Made by a program: the position numbers and the translations under genes. This document shows, in pieces, positions 48,340 to 60,667 of a DNA stretch of 64,000 nucleotides (the first letter of the stretch is position 1; each line of letters opens with the position of its first letter). Source of the DNA: Selaginella moellendorffii (lineage: Eukaryota > Plantae > Lycopodiophyta); contig NW_003314438.1 of assembly GCF_000143415.4 (NCBI RefSeq), forward strand, positions 83,934-147,933. The letters are read 5' to 3'. The notes under the pieces are model-generated. The model searched no databases. It saw only the letters and a program-made list of their open reading frames with translations, and was not told where the DNA came from.

Positions 48340-50189
48340 ATGAGCAACTCCAAGCAAGCACAGGTGATATACTATCTGTGCAGGAAGGGGTCTTTGGAGC
48401 AGCCACACTTGATAGATGTTGGATTCACGCAAGAGAATGAGCTGCTTCTCAGCGGTAAGTGCTTTCTTTACCATTCAAGATGCTCTGCGTGGTCTGAACT
48501 GAATGTGTTTCTATCTTTTCTCTTCAGATGTGAAGCGAAGTCTTGTTGCTATCCGCGGTAGGGGCATGCCGGATTTGTTCTCTTGGTCCTACAAAACGTA
48601 CGGGTCTTATTCTCGGAGTTCCTGTTCTTGCATTTTTCTAATGCTCGCGCTCGTGTTTCATTTCTTTTCTTTTTTGTTCTTTGTCAAACAACAGGAAGTA
48701 CAAGAATGACTTCATCTGGCACGATGTCTCCGATAATGATGTGGTTCTTCCTATGAACGATGCCGACTACATTTTGAAAGGATCTGAGATTGTTGATGGA
48801 GGTAAATAGAAAAAAGAATAGACTTTCATAGTCTCTTCTCTTCTTGATTTTTTATGACCCGATTTTTCAATGCAGAATGCGAGCATTGTCCACATGACTC
48901 TGATAGCGAGATTCAGTGCAAACTAATGCTCAAAGAACACGCCTGTCTCGCCAAGTCTCCTGTTCATCGAGCCTTTCCTTTGGAAGAATGTGTTATCCAG
49001 ACCACAAATCATCCTACAGCCGACACCAGTGCCAGGAACAGCAACGAGCTCAAGCTGTGCAAGCAGAGGTCAAATTTGGATCATGGTAACAGTATTACAA
49101 CTCAAACAGATGACGAAGAACTCCCAGTCCGAGCTCCAAAGCACGAATGCTGCCAATGCCGAGGAGAGAAACCTCTTCCAAATCCACCACCGCTTGTTTC
49201 AAGTAAGGAAGTACCTCCTGCGAGCTGTGCCGACAAGACCCCTCAACGAAAAGCAATCACTGTTTTTGGAGGGATTGAGTCGGGCTTTAAGGACGACAGT
49301 GGAAGAACAAAAAAGGTCGGTGGATCGTCGCTTATATTCAGGCAAATGCTCCCCTGTGCCGACATTGGGACCAGAGCTCAGCAAAATGGGTTTACCGGGC
49401 AGAAGCAGGATTTAGCTGCTGTTTCCAAGGAGAATGGGAGCTGGAAGCAAAGCTGTAAAGTCTGGAAGAAGAATGGAGGACGCTTGTCTCCACTTTTGGA
49501 CAGGGGAACAAAGATAGTGTCGGACGGTCGGCACAGCTATGACTCCAAGCAACACTCTCTTCTTCCCGGCACACCGACAAGCAAGTATCAAGATTTCCAG
49601 AGCCAGCGCTACAGCACGCTTACTCGGTATAGACCTCGGCATTCTTTTTCTAACAGGTAAGTTGTGACTGGTGCTCTTTGTAACTTGAGATGGTCTAATC
49701 GCTTTTGGTTTCTTCCAGTGACTACTTTGATTCTTACGACTTGTTTACGAGGCCCGAGAAAGTTAAGGAGGTGGACGCGAGACCATCCAACGCATCCAGG
49801 ATCAGCCTCGAGTCGCTCTACGAGGTTGATTGCAAGGCCAAGACTTTCGACTGTGTTGTGGATCAGCAAGCGAGAGGATCTCCGGCCGCTGGGAAATGCG
49901 GCGACGACAACTCCATCCCGTCGGTTGGCAACCATATCATCTCGAAGCTCGTCCTGGAGGCCAAAGCCAACGAGGAGAAGGATAAAGTCTGGTGGGAGGG
50001 GATTCGATCCACGCCGAGAAGAGAGAACAGGGCCAACGACGAAAGGTAAGATATTTCTTTCGGCTTTTTGGCTCTTTTGGTTTTTAGATCTTTGTTTCTT
50101 CTCTCTTTTCCAGGATGCGTAAGAACAAACTCGATTGGGAAAAGAACTTACAGGACGCAGTGAACATGATCATACGACCTCCACAATAA
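48340..50189 (+). CDS. SOK: SOSEKI polarity protein (N-terminal DIX-like DUF966 domain), multi-exon
   Basis: QVIYYLCRKGSLEQPHLIDV...LLLSDVKRSL..IRGRGMPDLFSWSYK.KYKNDFIWHDV...YILKGSE. The 3' exon structure is less certain. Confidence 0.88.
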
Positions 50190-50503
50190 CAGTGATAGGT
50201 GACCATCCTCCTCTCTTTTTTCCTTCTTCCACTCCATTCCAAAAGCTCTCGCTTCGTTTTGGTTTTGATACGTCTGGGTTCCCCTCTAGCACTCTAGAAG
50301 CTGAACTGGCAATTGAAAATACAGATGTTGGCTTCTAGACTGCTAGAGGAGCATCAGCGAGAACAAAAAAATAGCTTACTAGTTTAATGTATGATCTTCT
50401 ATACAATTGAATCGTGCAAGAAGAACAAGACACGTAAGATACCCAGTCCAAGACATGACAAAGGAGTGGTGTTAGGCCGTGATGGTTTTGTGTTTTTCGA
50501 GAA

Positions 50504-52330
50504 ATGGGATCTCTCTGGATCGATCACGATGCCGCCGAGAAAACTCGAAAGGATTTTGTCAATCTCTTGGCGAGCAGGCACAAGGATTCAGGTTTTTCCA
50601 AGAATCTCCTCTTTGGGTCTTTGATAGTACCTCTCTTTTCTCCAGGGCCGCTGGTGGCTAGATCATGCAAGATTGTTTCACAGGAAACTGTCCAGCAATT
50701 CGATATTCCTATGGTAGAGATCTCTTCTCGTTGGATCTTTCTCACATGAGCTTCGTATCTTTGATAGCTACGATTATCTCGGGAAGAACTCGACCAACTG
50801 GAAGAGGAGCGCCTTGTTCTTGTGACAGAGGTAAGGCATTGTACACGATTTTTCTTCCACCCCGATTCATCGATAGGAATTTTGGTGAAGGGTGGAGATC
50901 AAGGCCAGCTTCCAGTCTTGATCATCAGAAGGAAAAATGGAGCAACGCCAAGTCCTGCTCTTGTCATACTCCACAGCTCATACAGTTGCAAGGATTCCAT
51001 AAGAAATGTGGTGGAGGTATGTGCTATTTTTCTTTGCTTCTCGAGAGATTTTTTTGGCCAGTATTTTGCTTCCCATGGTTTTACTGCCATCACCATCGAT
51101 AATCGGTACCACGGAGAGCGAGCATCATCATCTTATCAAAATGTAAGTTTGTTTCTCCATAGTTTCTAAGCAAGTTTCATATCTTTCTCGTTTCTTCTTC
51201 GATCATATCCATCGCAGGCTATGATTTCCGCGTGGAAGACAGGCCGAGAGATGCCTTTCATCTTCGATACGGTATGTAAGATTGACTTCGCTATGAACAT
51301 AGTTTTCTTGATCGATCACACAGGTCTGGGACGTGACCAAGCTGATGGACTACCTCATCCAAAGAAAGGACATCGATTCCACTCGCATAGGAATGACGGG
51401 GATTTCGCTCGGTGGTATTTATACAATCTTTTGGAAACCAGCTTCCAAGTTTTAATTCTCATGGGTTTTGTCTGATCACTTTCACAGGAATGATCACTCT
51501 GTACTCAATGGCTGCTGACGCTCGAATTGCTGCAGCCGTTCCTATGATTGGTGTTCAGGTTCCCGAAATCTTTGTGTTTCTAGTTTTTGTGTTCTTCTCT
51601 CTTTCGATTTGATTACCTTATCTCGTGACATGCTTTTGTGTTGTGCCAGAACTTTAGCTGGGCAGTAAAAAACAATAAGTGGCAAGCAAGAGTTGGCAGC
51701 ATCCCGCACGCCTTTGAAGGTATTCGAGTAGCTTCACAGCAGAAAAGAAAAACGAAAAAAACTTTGCTGGTTATTCACAAAGGTTTAATTCCTTCTTACC
51801 TTTTTCCAGTTGCTGCTGGGGACCTCGGCAAAGCTTGCTGTGATTCAGAGACTGTCGCAGCTGTAAGTGCTTTCCCCTCTTTTTTTCTTCAAGGAAAACT
51901 CATTTGATCACGTAGAACAGGTTTGGCAACGAATAGCTCCCGGCCTGATGCACGAGTTTGATGTCCACCACATTCTCAAAGCGGTGTTTCCTCGCCCCTT
52001 GCTCATTCTCAATGGTACGCACTCACAAGTTTCTCAAGAAATCCATGAAGAGAGAATTTGTTTTCATCTCAGGAAAGAATGACCCAAGGTGTCCTGTCGA
52101 GGGGCTGGAATCTTGCATCCGTGAAACATCCGAGATTTACAAAGCAGCTGGGCATCCCGAAAAGTTTCAGGTTTTGATTGAAAATTCTTCTCCAAGATCA
52201 AACTGATAAAACGAGAGCATTGAGCTTGCAGTTCGTGGCGGAGGAGAATGTGGGACACGAGATCACGGAGTCGATGATGGAAGCCGCCATGCGCTGGTTT
52301 CGCAACTATCTCTGTATCTCAAAACTTTAG
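50504..52330 (+). CDS. Alpha/beta hydrolase (esterase-like), about 13 short exons
   Basis: QGQLPVL, ALVILHS, IDNRYHGERA, MPFIFDTVWD, nucleophile elbow RIGMTGISLGGM, PRPLLILNGKNDPRCP, VGHEIT. Confidence 0.9.
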
Positions 52331-52432
52331 TTCTTGAACTTTCAGCTGACTGTCCACGTGTGCCCTTAACGGTCAACCGCATCCGATTCAGCTGAAAGGG
52401 CACACTTCATTCTAGCAACTGTAGAAAAGAAA

Positions 52433-53236
52433 ATGGAGCTCGAGGCTGCAATGGAGCATCTCAAATCCCTCTCCCGCGGCGCAAAGCAGCAGCGAGAGAT
52501 CGAAGCCAGAAAAGGCGGAGTGTTGATCATCTCCCTGCTCTTCTTCGCCACGCTCTATGCCACGGCCTGGTTCTTCATCTTCCGGAGCTGGAGCAAGCAC
52601 AAGCGATGCCGTGCGGCGAGCAGCTCAATCTCCTTCGCCCATGCGCTGGTCGGAGCTTCCCTGGCAATGGCGGACATGGTATCGTCGCCCTGGACGCTCG
52701 ACGCCCCAAACACGGCATTCCAGAACAGGATCATGGAGTGGAGCATGGCCTACTTCATCGTCGACCTCTTTCACTACTTCCTCGCGGTTCCCGAGGATCA
52801 TCTCTTCATCGCTCACCACTTCGCGACGCTCACGTACATGATCTCTTGCCGCTACTACACTCTCCATGGCGCCAAGTCGGTGATGAGCTTGATCGCGGCG
52901 GGGGAGGCCACCACTCCACTCCAGGCGATCTGGATGCTGGCGAGGCTGGCCAAGGACGAGTTCCCAGTCGCGGAGAGGGTCTACACGGCATTGTCTCCGA
53001 CGTTCACGCTGCTCTTCACGATCGTTCGAGGGATGCTGGGGCCGTTCTTGCTGGGAAAGCTGGCGAGTTTCTATCTCTGGGGTTGTGCCGACACTGTGAT
53101 CCCTCGATGGCTGGCTTGGTTCTGGGTGTTTGAGGTGAGCTTTGCGGTGGTGGGCAGTATGATTTGGGTGTTTCGGCTGTGGCGAGGACTGTTCAAGCTC
53201 TACTCGCAACGCAGTGGATTCTGGAAGAGAGATTGA
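52433..53236 (+). CDS. TLC (TRAM/LAG1/CLN8) domain membrane protein, intronless
   Basis: Multi-TM 267-aa ORF with S.AHA, NTAFQN.IMEWSMAYF.VD, FIAHH and GEATTPLQ. Confidence 0.9.
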   Translation: MELEAAMEHLKSLSRGAKQQREIEARKGGVLIISLLFFATLYATAWFFIFRSWSKHKRCRAASSSISFAHALVGASLAMADMVSSPWTLDAPNTAFQNRIMEWSMAYFIVDLFHYFLAVPEDHLFIAHHFATLTYMISCRYYTLHGAKSVMSLIAAGEATTPLQAIWMLARLAKDEFPVAERVYTALSPTFTLLFTIVRGMLGPFLLGKLASFYLWGCADTVIPRWLAWFWVFEVSFAVVGSMIWVFRLWRGLFKLYSQRSGFWKRD

Positions 53237-55460
53237 TTAGATCTCGACTCGATAGTAGAAGAGAGTTTGAATAGAAAGGAGAGAACGCTCCTGGTATCTG
53301 AATGTGCGTCAACTTTGAAGAGATAACTAAGTTACTAGGAAGGAAGCTGGACTAAATAAAAGTAAGTCTTCAAAAATGTTTTATTGGGATAAAAAGTGTA
53401 CCATCTAAAACACACATAAACATATGAGCTATAAGAGAATATGTTAGTTTTCATGAGCTGTGAGCACTCTAAAAGATACAAAAGTTTATTTACATCATGT
53501 GTGATGGATTTGTAGAATTAGCAGACTTAACTCAGAAGTTTGTGATGCCTTCTTTTTTCAGGATGAAGCTGCTAGAGTTCGGGCATGGTGATCCCAATAT
53601 GAGAAATCAAGGCAAGTCTTTCACATTGTTTTTCATGACTCATAAGATTACTTTTATAAAAAATTTGTGATTCTTTCTTTTTCTATTCTCACAGAAACAA
53701 GAAAGAGTAGGGACTCAAGAACAAGTAAGCTCCTACTCTTTGTGAAACTAGAGATTTACCTCCTGATTTTGGATCTAAGTCACTATAAATAAAGAGTTAT
53801 AATAAACTGGTCAATTATTATAAATCAGATGAGGTTATCTTAATTAAATAAAACAAGTTATTTGAATCTAATAGTGATAGATTTTATTTTCATTGAATAT
53901 ATCTTGACATGAAATAAAAATTGTATGAATATGAAGTTTTATTGGAATTTATAATAAATAAATTTAGTTTATAGAACTCCGAAATTATTTTAAAGATTAA
54001 AAGTTCAAGCTATTATATTATTATACTTTTCAAGAATTCATTTCGAGGAGAAATTTATATTTTATAGCTATCATAATATTTGGAACTGCTGCTTGTTATA
54101 GACCAATTAAGTGACATAACGTTTGATGTTTATCCATAAAAATTCCACACTTTTAAAATAAAAAAGTTTCTCCATTTTGAAAACAATTTGATTCTTTGCC
54201 ATTTGAAAATCCTCAATACACACCAATTGTTCTTACAATAGAAACAGATAACCTGTTAGTCCCTTTGTTAGAAAGCTGGTTCTAACTAGAGCCTTGAGAT
54301 ATTCGACAACTGTTCACTAGAACATTTCCATCACAGACTGTTGCAAGAGTTGAGTTGAGTTGCAAGCAAACAAAAGGAATTGTGCTTATTGAGCTCAAGA
54401 GCAAGATAATTCCATGCCTGCAGTCCCTCCACGTCCATGCAGTAGGAATGTCATGATGGTGAAACTGCTTCTTAATATGCAATATAGAACACCCTATCAG
54501 TCAATATGGTTCCCGCGCATTGTCGTTCTTGTGACTCGGGCGCACTGTTGCTGGGGGTGGCGAAATAATGCTCCATCTCCTTCAGCCTCGCTACCAGCTT
54601 GAGCACACCTTACCGTGCAGCCGGATCATCTCCTGGTAGCTCAAGGATGGAGATCTTTGCCTTGTCATCCCACCCACTGCCGCCACCATTGCCACTGCCG
54701 CACCGCTTCCAATTTCCCTACCACAGCCACTTCCCAATCCTATCCCGAACAGCGATCTAGTTCGCCATTGCCAGGGCTTGCTCTATCACTCCCCGGCCGC
54801 CCCACGGCGCTGAAAACCATGGATGATCCCTTAAATCATCCTCACATTTCCACAGTTTAGCCAAGAACGCAGCCAGGTCTTTGCTCAAACACCATCGAGC
54901 AAGATCGATACCCAAGGGAGGGAAAATTGTTATCTCTTTGAAGGTTCCCAGAGCTCCCAAGGAACACGTTTTCATACTTGGAAATTTCTTTGGCTCAGCC
55001 ATGCTGTCTCACCACATCATCAATTCCTTTTCGCCACGCGGGCCTCCTCCACGCCGCAAATCAGGAGGAGTTTTATTCAGGAGGCACAATTGGTTCTGCT
55101 CTCCCTCACGTCAACTATCTCCCTTGCATATAAGCAACTTGGCATGATCGTTTAGTTCACTCAAGCAAGACTTCTTCAAAATAGAACACTACTTTGAAGT
55201 GTTCAAGAGGATCTCTTTTTCGTTCTTTTCCTGGTGTTTTAATGTCCTTGAAGAACAGGGACTTTGAGTAGTTTAATGGTTTAGTTTAGCTCCAGTTTCT
55301 ATGAAAACTGCCCCCGGCCCCCATCGAGCGCTTTTACTTTTACGAAAAACAACAGGCTTTTCTGCCCGTCCTATACCCACGTTTCACATGCACACGGGCA
55401 TGTACGCGCAATATAACAACGTATAGACTGTATCATCTCACCATACGAGCAACTAAGAAG

Positions 55461-56783
55461 ATGAGAACTTCATGGCTAGTAGTGTTCTTCGTAGCTTTGG
55501 CACTGGAGATCTTGTGGAGCTCGAGAGTGAGTGGATTCTATGGCGATAGCGCTGCGATTGAGTCTGTCAGTCGCCGTGGAGCTCATGTTGGAATTGTCGT
55601 TCCAAACATGTACGAGTTTACACCTCTGCTCGAACAAGGAAGATTTGTTGCTGATGCCACGATTCCCTTCATCGATATTGGAGGTTGTTTCATCACACTT
55701 TGAGATTTCTCGAGCTTGGAATCTCTTTGTCTCTTTCAGGAAGAAGGTTTCATATCGGAACAATCCATGGAAAGCGTTCCATTGTCGTCATCTCTGGTCT
55801 TTCCATGGTTTGCAAGAAGTTATTTCTCCACAGCTTTTCATATGAATTGATCGAATGTCTCGCAGCTCAATGCCGGGACCACGACGCAACAGCTGCTTGA
55901 CCATTTCCGGATCGACGTTGTCCTTCATTACGGCATCGCAGGAAGCTCGAATCCTTCGCTTCACATCGCGGACGTGAGCATCGCTTCTTCGTGGATTCAC
56001 ACCGGCCTGTGGTACTGGCAGGTTTGTCTCAAATCCGAAACTTTAATAAGATATTCAATCTCAAGAAATCTTCTCATCTTGCAGCGGTATGGTCAAGGTC
56101 CCAATGACGAACTCTCTCTGGAGCAAAATGGAGACTACACTCGTTTGCTTGGCAATCTCCACTTTGGATCATACAATGATCCCTCAAATGAAAATTCCGA
56201 CAACAAGCTGGGACACATCTATTTCCAGCCCGAGGAAGTTTTTCCCATCACTGGTACACCAGAAGTTAGACAACACGCATTCAAAGTTCCAGTCTCAAGA
56301 ACACTCTATGAAACCGCGCAAAGAGAGCTGATGGTAAGTCTTCTCTAGATCTTCTTCTAACTTCCATTGGTTTTTCTAGAATTTGGAGCTCAAAGCATGC
56401 CTCAACTCCAGTTCGTGCTTGAGCTCCGAGCCCAAAGTTCTCTTCGGTCTCACCGGATCCAGCGCAAACGTTTTCCTTGACAACGCTGCTTACCGCACTC
56501 TTCTCTACGACAAGTTTGGAATCTCGAGCGTGGACATGGAGTCCGCCGCAGTGGCTCTGGTAGAGTTCTCTAAGATCTTCCCCTTGTGGTTTCCAAAATC
56601 TCATCTTGATTCTTCCAGACTTGCTACGCGCAAGGCAAACCTTTCATCATCTTTCGCTCCATCTCCGACCTCGCTGGAGGCTCGGATCACTCCAACGAGG
56701 CGATCCAATTCAGCGACCTCGCGGCCGAGAACGCGGTGATTGCTGTCGTGGAATTCATCCGATCATCCCACGCGACGTTTTAA
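55461..56783 (+). CDS. Bark storage protein A-like / PNP_UDP_1 nucleosidase family, secreted, multi-exon
   Basis: Signal peptide, GRRFHIGTI, SGLSMLNAGTTTQQLL, LHYGIAGS.NP, WIHTGLWYWQRYG, SANVFLDNAAYR, DMESAAVAL, RSISDLAGG. Confidence 0.92.
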
Positions 56784-56838
56784 GCCAAGCTTGTAATCGT
56801 TTGAAACAGTGATGAAGTTATGGGCAGAGCTCGTAGTA

Positions 56839-58153
56839 TCATAGAGTTTGTGATCTTCGGTTCTTGACCCCGACAATGTAAGCGTTCCAGGCGTCACACT
56901 GGTTGAAGCTCTCGAGTTCTTCGTAGTCTCCTTTATCATCGTTTGTGTTGTCAAGGCCATTCTTTCTCTCGAGCAGCTCGGGCCTCTCGCACAGCCACAA
57001 GTGAGTTGAATCGAATCCAGCCTCGTCTAGGCAGTCACGAACCTCTGGAATCGTCCACCTGGGAACACATATAACAAAAAGAAAACACTGATTGAATCGC
57101 GAACTTAAGACCGAACTTACAATCGCCAGTGGTACGAAAAGGCGTGACGAAGAACTCTACGCGACTTGGCCAGCTGGAAGTGCAAGCTTATCCTCGTTGT
57201 CCTCTTGATAATGTCGAACTCTTCTTGCTCCCAAGTGTACTGGCACAAAGCAAACAAAGTAATGGAATCGCTGCGTTTCTTTAAAGAAAAAATAAGTCTC
57301 GTACCGTGAAGTCGCTGTAGCGTCTGCGGATCCTTAGCGACTGCTCGGACGACAATCCTCCATACAGATCCATCACAAACACTCCACCTTTGTTGCTAAT
57401 GGAGCTCAGTGCTTGCCGGAAGTAAGACACCAGATCCTTACGTTCCTGGAGGCAGCAGCAGCTAAAGTTCAATGCACAGATGATATCGGAGCGTTGTTCC
57501 ACTCTTGTTTCTTCTGGATCTTCATCTCCTTCTCCACCATTCCTTGTCTCTACAGAAGCTGGAGATCTGTTCTCGAGCACAAACTTACCCGACTTTGCTA
57601 GCGGATGAAGCACATTCTGGTGGAACAAATGAACACGATCTGCTGTGTCACCCCGACCTCCCAGCACGTTGTTCTTGAGCCCCCAAGAGAGAGCATCGTC
57701 ATCCAGATCCACGCCGACAGCTGTTCTTCGCGCGTCGCCTCGCACCCATTCTGCGCTGCTCATGAAAAGTTACTGGAGAAGCCCAAGAAAAAACTCAAAC
57801 CAGATCAAAGCTGTGCCGCAGAAATCCTCGCGCATATGGAGTGGAATTCGACCTCCAACGTAAGTGAGAAAGAATTTCTGCAAGTAGCTGATCTCTCCCC
57901 GCGGAGCCTGCAAGTTTGTCCAATCTTCTCAAACCAAAAGCAAGAAAAAGAGCCAACGCTTTACTTGAACAGCGCGCTGGTACAAATCGTGCTTGAGCCC
58001 CTCGTCGCATTCCTCGTCCCCCTGCACGGCCGCCGCGCCATTGCCGTCATCGGCGCCATCGGCATCTCCCTCCAATGCGCTGTGGCAGTCGAATGCGGAA
58101 GAAGGGAGCTCCTCCTCCAAGCGCTTGCGGTGATGCTGCTTCTTCTTCCCCAT
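56839..58153 (-). CDS. Class I SAM-dependent methyltransferase-like protein, multi-exon
   Basis: LYQRAVQ.P.GEISYL, REDFCGTALI, AVGVDLD, DIICALNFSCCCL, GGVFVMDLYGG, YHWRLWTIPEVRDCL.EAGF, WNAYIVG. Confidence 0.85.
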
Positions 58154-58452
58154 TCTCTTGCCCTAAACCCCTAAACCCTTTAAGGATATTCTATTTTCCC
58201 TAAACATAACTAATTAGTCAATAGCCCTAGATTCTTCTCGGGTTCGAATCTTTTCTATGAACGGGCAAGATATAAATCCCTAAAGTATATTCCTCTCCAT
58301 TTGAAAAATCATAACACTGCCCTGCACTGGCGGCCGTCAGTCAGCGCCACAATTACGCGGGCGCCTCGTGTGTGTAGACCTCCGTACGTGATGATCCAAC
58401 CGATTTGATCTAGCCCCGGAATCTTTCTCTGAAACAACGCGCGAGCAAGAGG

Positions 58453-58852
58453 ATGATCCACAGCGCGGTAATGCTGATCGCATTCTTTTCACTCCAGGTA
58501 ACTACAGCTCAAGCATCCAGAGCTCCATCTCCTTCTCCTGGAGGTCAAGCTCCAGCTCCAGCTCCAGCGCCAGCGCCAGATTCTTATGAAGTCACAGTGC
58601 CAGCGGCGGCGAGCTCTCCGCCATCGCCGCCAAGCTTCCGCTTCCAAGGCTCCCGTTGTCGATCCCAGCGCTCTCGGCGCGGATCGTTCCTCGCCCTCGA
58701 TGAGCAGCCGGCGGAAGATTGGGATCGGCGTGGGCGTGTTCTTGGGCTCCTTTGCCGCGGTCTTTGTCTCGCTCGTGTACCGCAGGAGGAGATGTAACGT
58801 CAAGAAAGTGGAGCATGGAAGCAAGCGGATCCCATTCCGGGAAGAGCTCTAG
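58453..58852 (+). pseudogene. Pro/Ala-rich AGP-like single-pass membrane protein, frameshifted
   Basis: Signal peptide and APAPAPAP in one frame (58453..). TM segment KIGIGVGVFLGSFAAVFVSLVY plus RRRR in another frame (58586..58852). Confidence 0.6.
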
Positions 58853-58854
58853 GA

Positions 58855-59410
58855 AGATCTTTTGGCCCTGACAATGTAAGCTTGACTCTCCGGTTCTTCG
58901 TAGTGGGTTGAATCGAATCGAGCCTCGCCTAGGCAGTCGCGAAACTCTGGAATCGCCAACCTGGGGAGAAACAAACAAACAGTCCACTCATTCCAGGGAT
59001 AAACCAACTTAGATATGAAACAGCGTGACAAATGCAAGCTTATTTTCTTGTCAATGTCGACTTCTTGTTGCTCCAGGCCTTCGTTTGTTCTTTCCAGCCA
59101 AAATCGCATCGCGTTACTTCAACTTTTGTTTCGCACTTACGTAGGATGCGGAGACTTTTACGAGAGACGTACTGTCAAATCGCAGTAGCGTCTGACGCGT
59201 CAACAACTGCCCGGACGAAAATCCTAGCTTTCAATTGAAACTCACCATGCTTTATTGTGGATGAAATTCTCATCAGCCAAACAGGGAACCAACAACACCT
59301 TCGAAAACACCACCGATCTCGTCCTCCACTTTCGTGTCAATGCCGTCGAGTCGAGTAGCTTTGGTGGAGGACGTGAAAGGAACCCAGTGGTACACTCCAT
59401 ATCTTATTGA
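58855..59410 (-). pseudogene. Degenerate fragments of the SAM-MTase 3' exons and of the aerolysin gene 3' end
   Basis: GAATCGAATC.AGCCTCG.CTAGGCAGTC matches 57008. 59225-59400 matches 60630-60975 (CACCACCGATCTCGTCCTCCACTTTCGTGTCAATGCCGTCGAGTCGAGTAGCTTTGGTGGAG). Confidence 0.8.
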
Positions 59411-59699
59411 GAAGGTGGAGCTACGGATCGCCACAAGCAAGGCAAATAATTCTCAGATAACAACAAACCATCACATTGATCCTGCGCGATTCTAAGGACG
59501 GACTGAAAAGAAAAAAAGCAGTTCCTTACAGTCAGCTTTAAATGAATGATATTGATATCATACTATCAAAATGATCACAGTATTTCCATTCTCAAATTCC
59601 CCTTAGTAAATTCTTAAAGAGTATATTCTTTTTCATCCTCGGCCTCGTTCAACCGGATCGTCCGCCACAGCCGCTGCTTCCTCGGACGAAGATTTCTTG

Positions 59700-60625
59700 T
59701 GCGAATCCACCCGCAAGAATCCATACGTGCTGGATGTGAGGGCGCCAGGGAGCGCCCTGTGTACCATGTTCCAACCGATTTGATCGATCAAACACCGAAA
59801 GTCTTTCTCTGGATCGAGATTCGAGAGAAACAACACTCGAGCAAGGGACAAGAGGATGATCCACAGCGCGGTGATCCAGGTAACAACAGCTCAAACATCC
59901 CGAGCTCCAGTCCCAGCTCCTAAGCACCAGCTGCAGCTCCAGATTCTTACGAAGTCACAGTGCCAGCGGCAGCGACCGAGCTCCGCTCCATTCCCCAAAG
60001 TCCCATTGTCGATCCAGCGCTCCTGATTCCTCGTCCTCGATGAGCAGCCGGCGGAAGATTTGGATCGGCGTGGGCGTGTCTTGGGCTCCATTGCCGCGGT
60101 CTTCCCGTCGCTCGTGTTTCGCGAGAGTGGAGGATCCCATTCCGGGAAGAGCTTTAGAGTTGCTAGAAAAGATCTTGTAAGCTTAACTCTCCGGTTCTTT
60201 GTAGTCTTCTCCTGTATCATCGTTTGTGTTGAGCCTCGCCTAGGCAACCACGACACTCTCGAATCGCCAACCTGGGATCAAGAAAACAAACAGTCCACTC
60301 ACTCCAGCGAACTTAAAATCAGCTTGATACGAAACAGCGTAACGAAGCTGGAAATGCGAGCTTATCTTCGTCTTGTCCTCTGGATATTTCCGAGTTCTTC
60401 TTGCTCCCAAGTCTCTGTTTGCTCCTTCCAGCGAAAGGTACGATTTTTCGCTGGAAAGAACAACATCAAACTCCTATTGCCTGCAAAACAAAATAAGTGA
60501 CAGACAAAATGAGTGACGAGACGCCATTTTCGATTCGTACCGTCTGTGGATCCTCAACAACTGCTCGGACAAAAATCCTTCATCACAAAAGGCACTCCAC
60601 CTTTCCTGCCAATGGAGCTTAGCTT
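59700..60625. pseudogene. Second degenerate copy of the [AGP-like + MTase 3' fragment] unit
   Basis: CAAGAGGATGATCCACAGCGCGGT, GAAGTCACAGTGCCAGCGGC and TCGATGAGCAGCCGGCGGAAGATT repeat 58447-58720. 60230-60620 matches 57020-57405. Confidence 0.8.
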
Positions 60626-60667
60626 TACATAAAACTCACCATAATTTTATTGTCGATGGAACTCTCA

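Noticed and set aside
54757-55002. Kinase C-terminal-like fragment (LSKDLAAFLAK...LRDHPWF)
   Set aside because: No catalytic kinase motifs found nearby; too weak to call.
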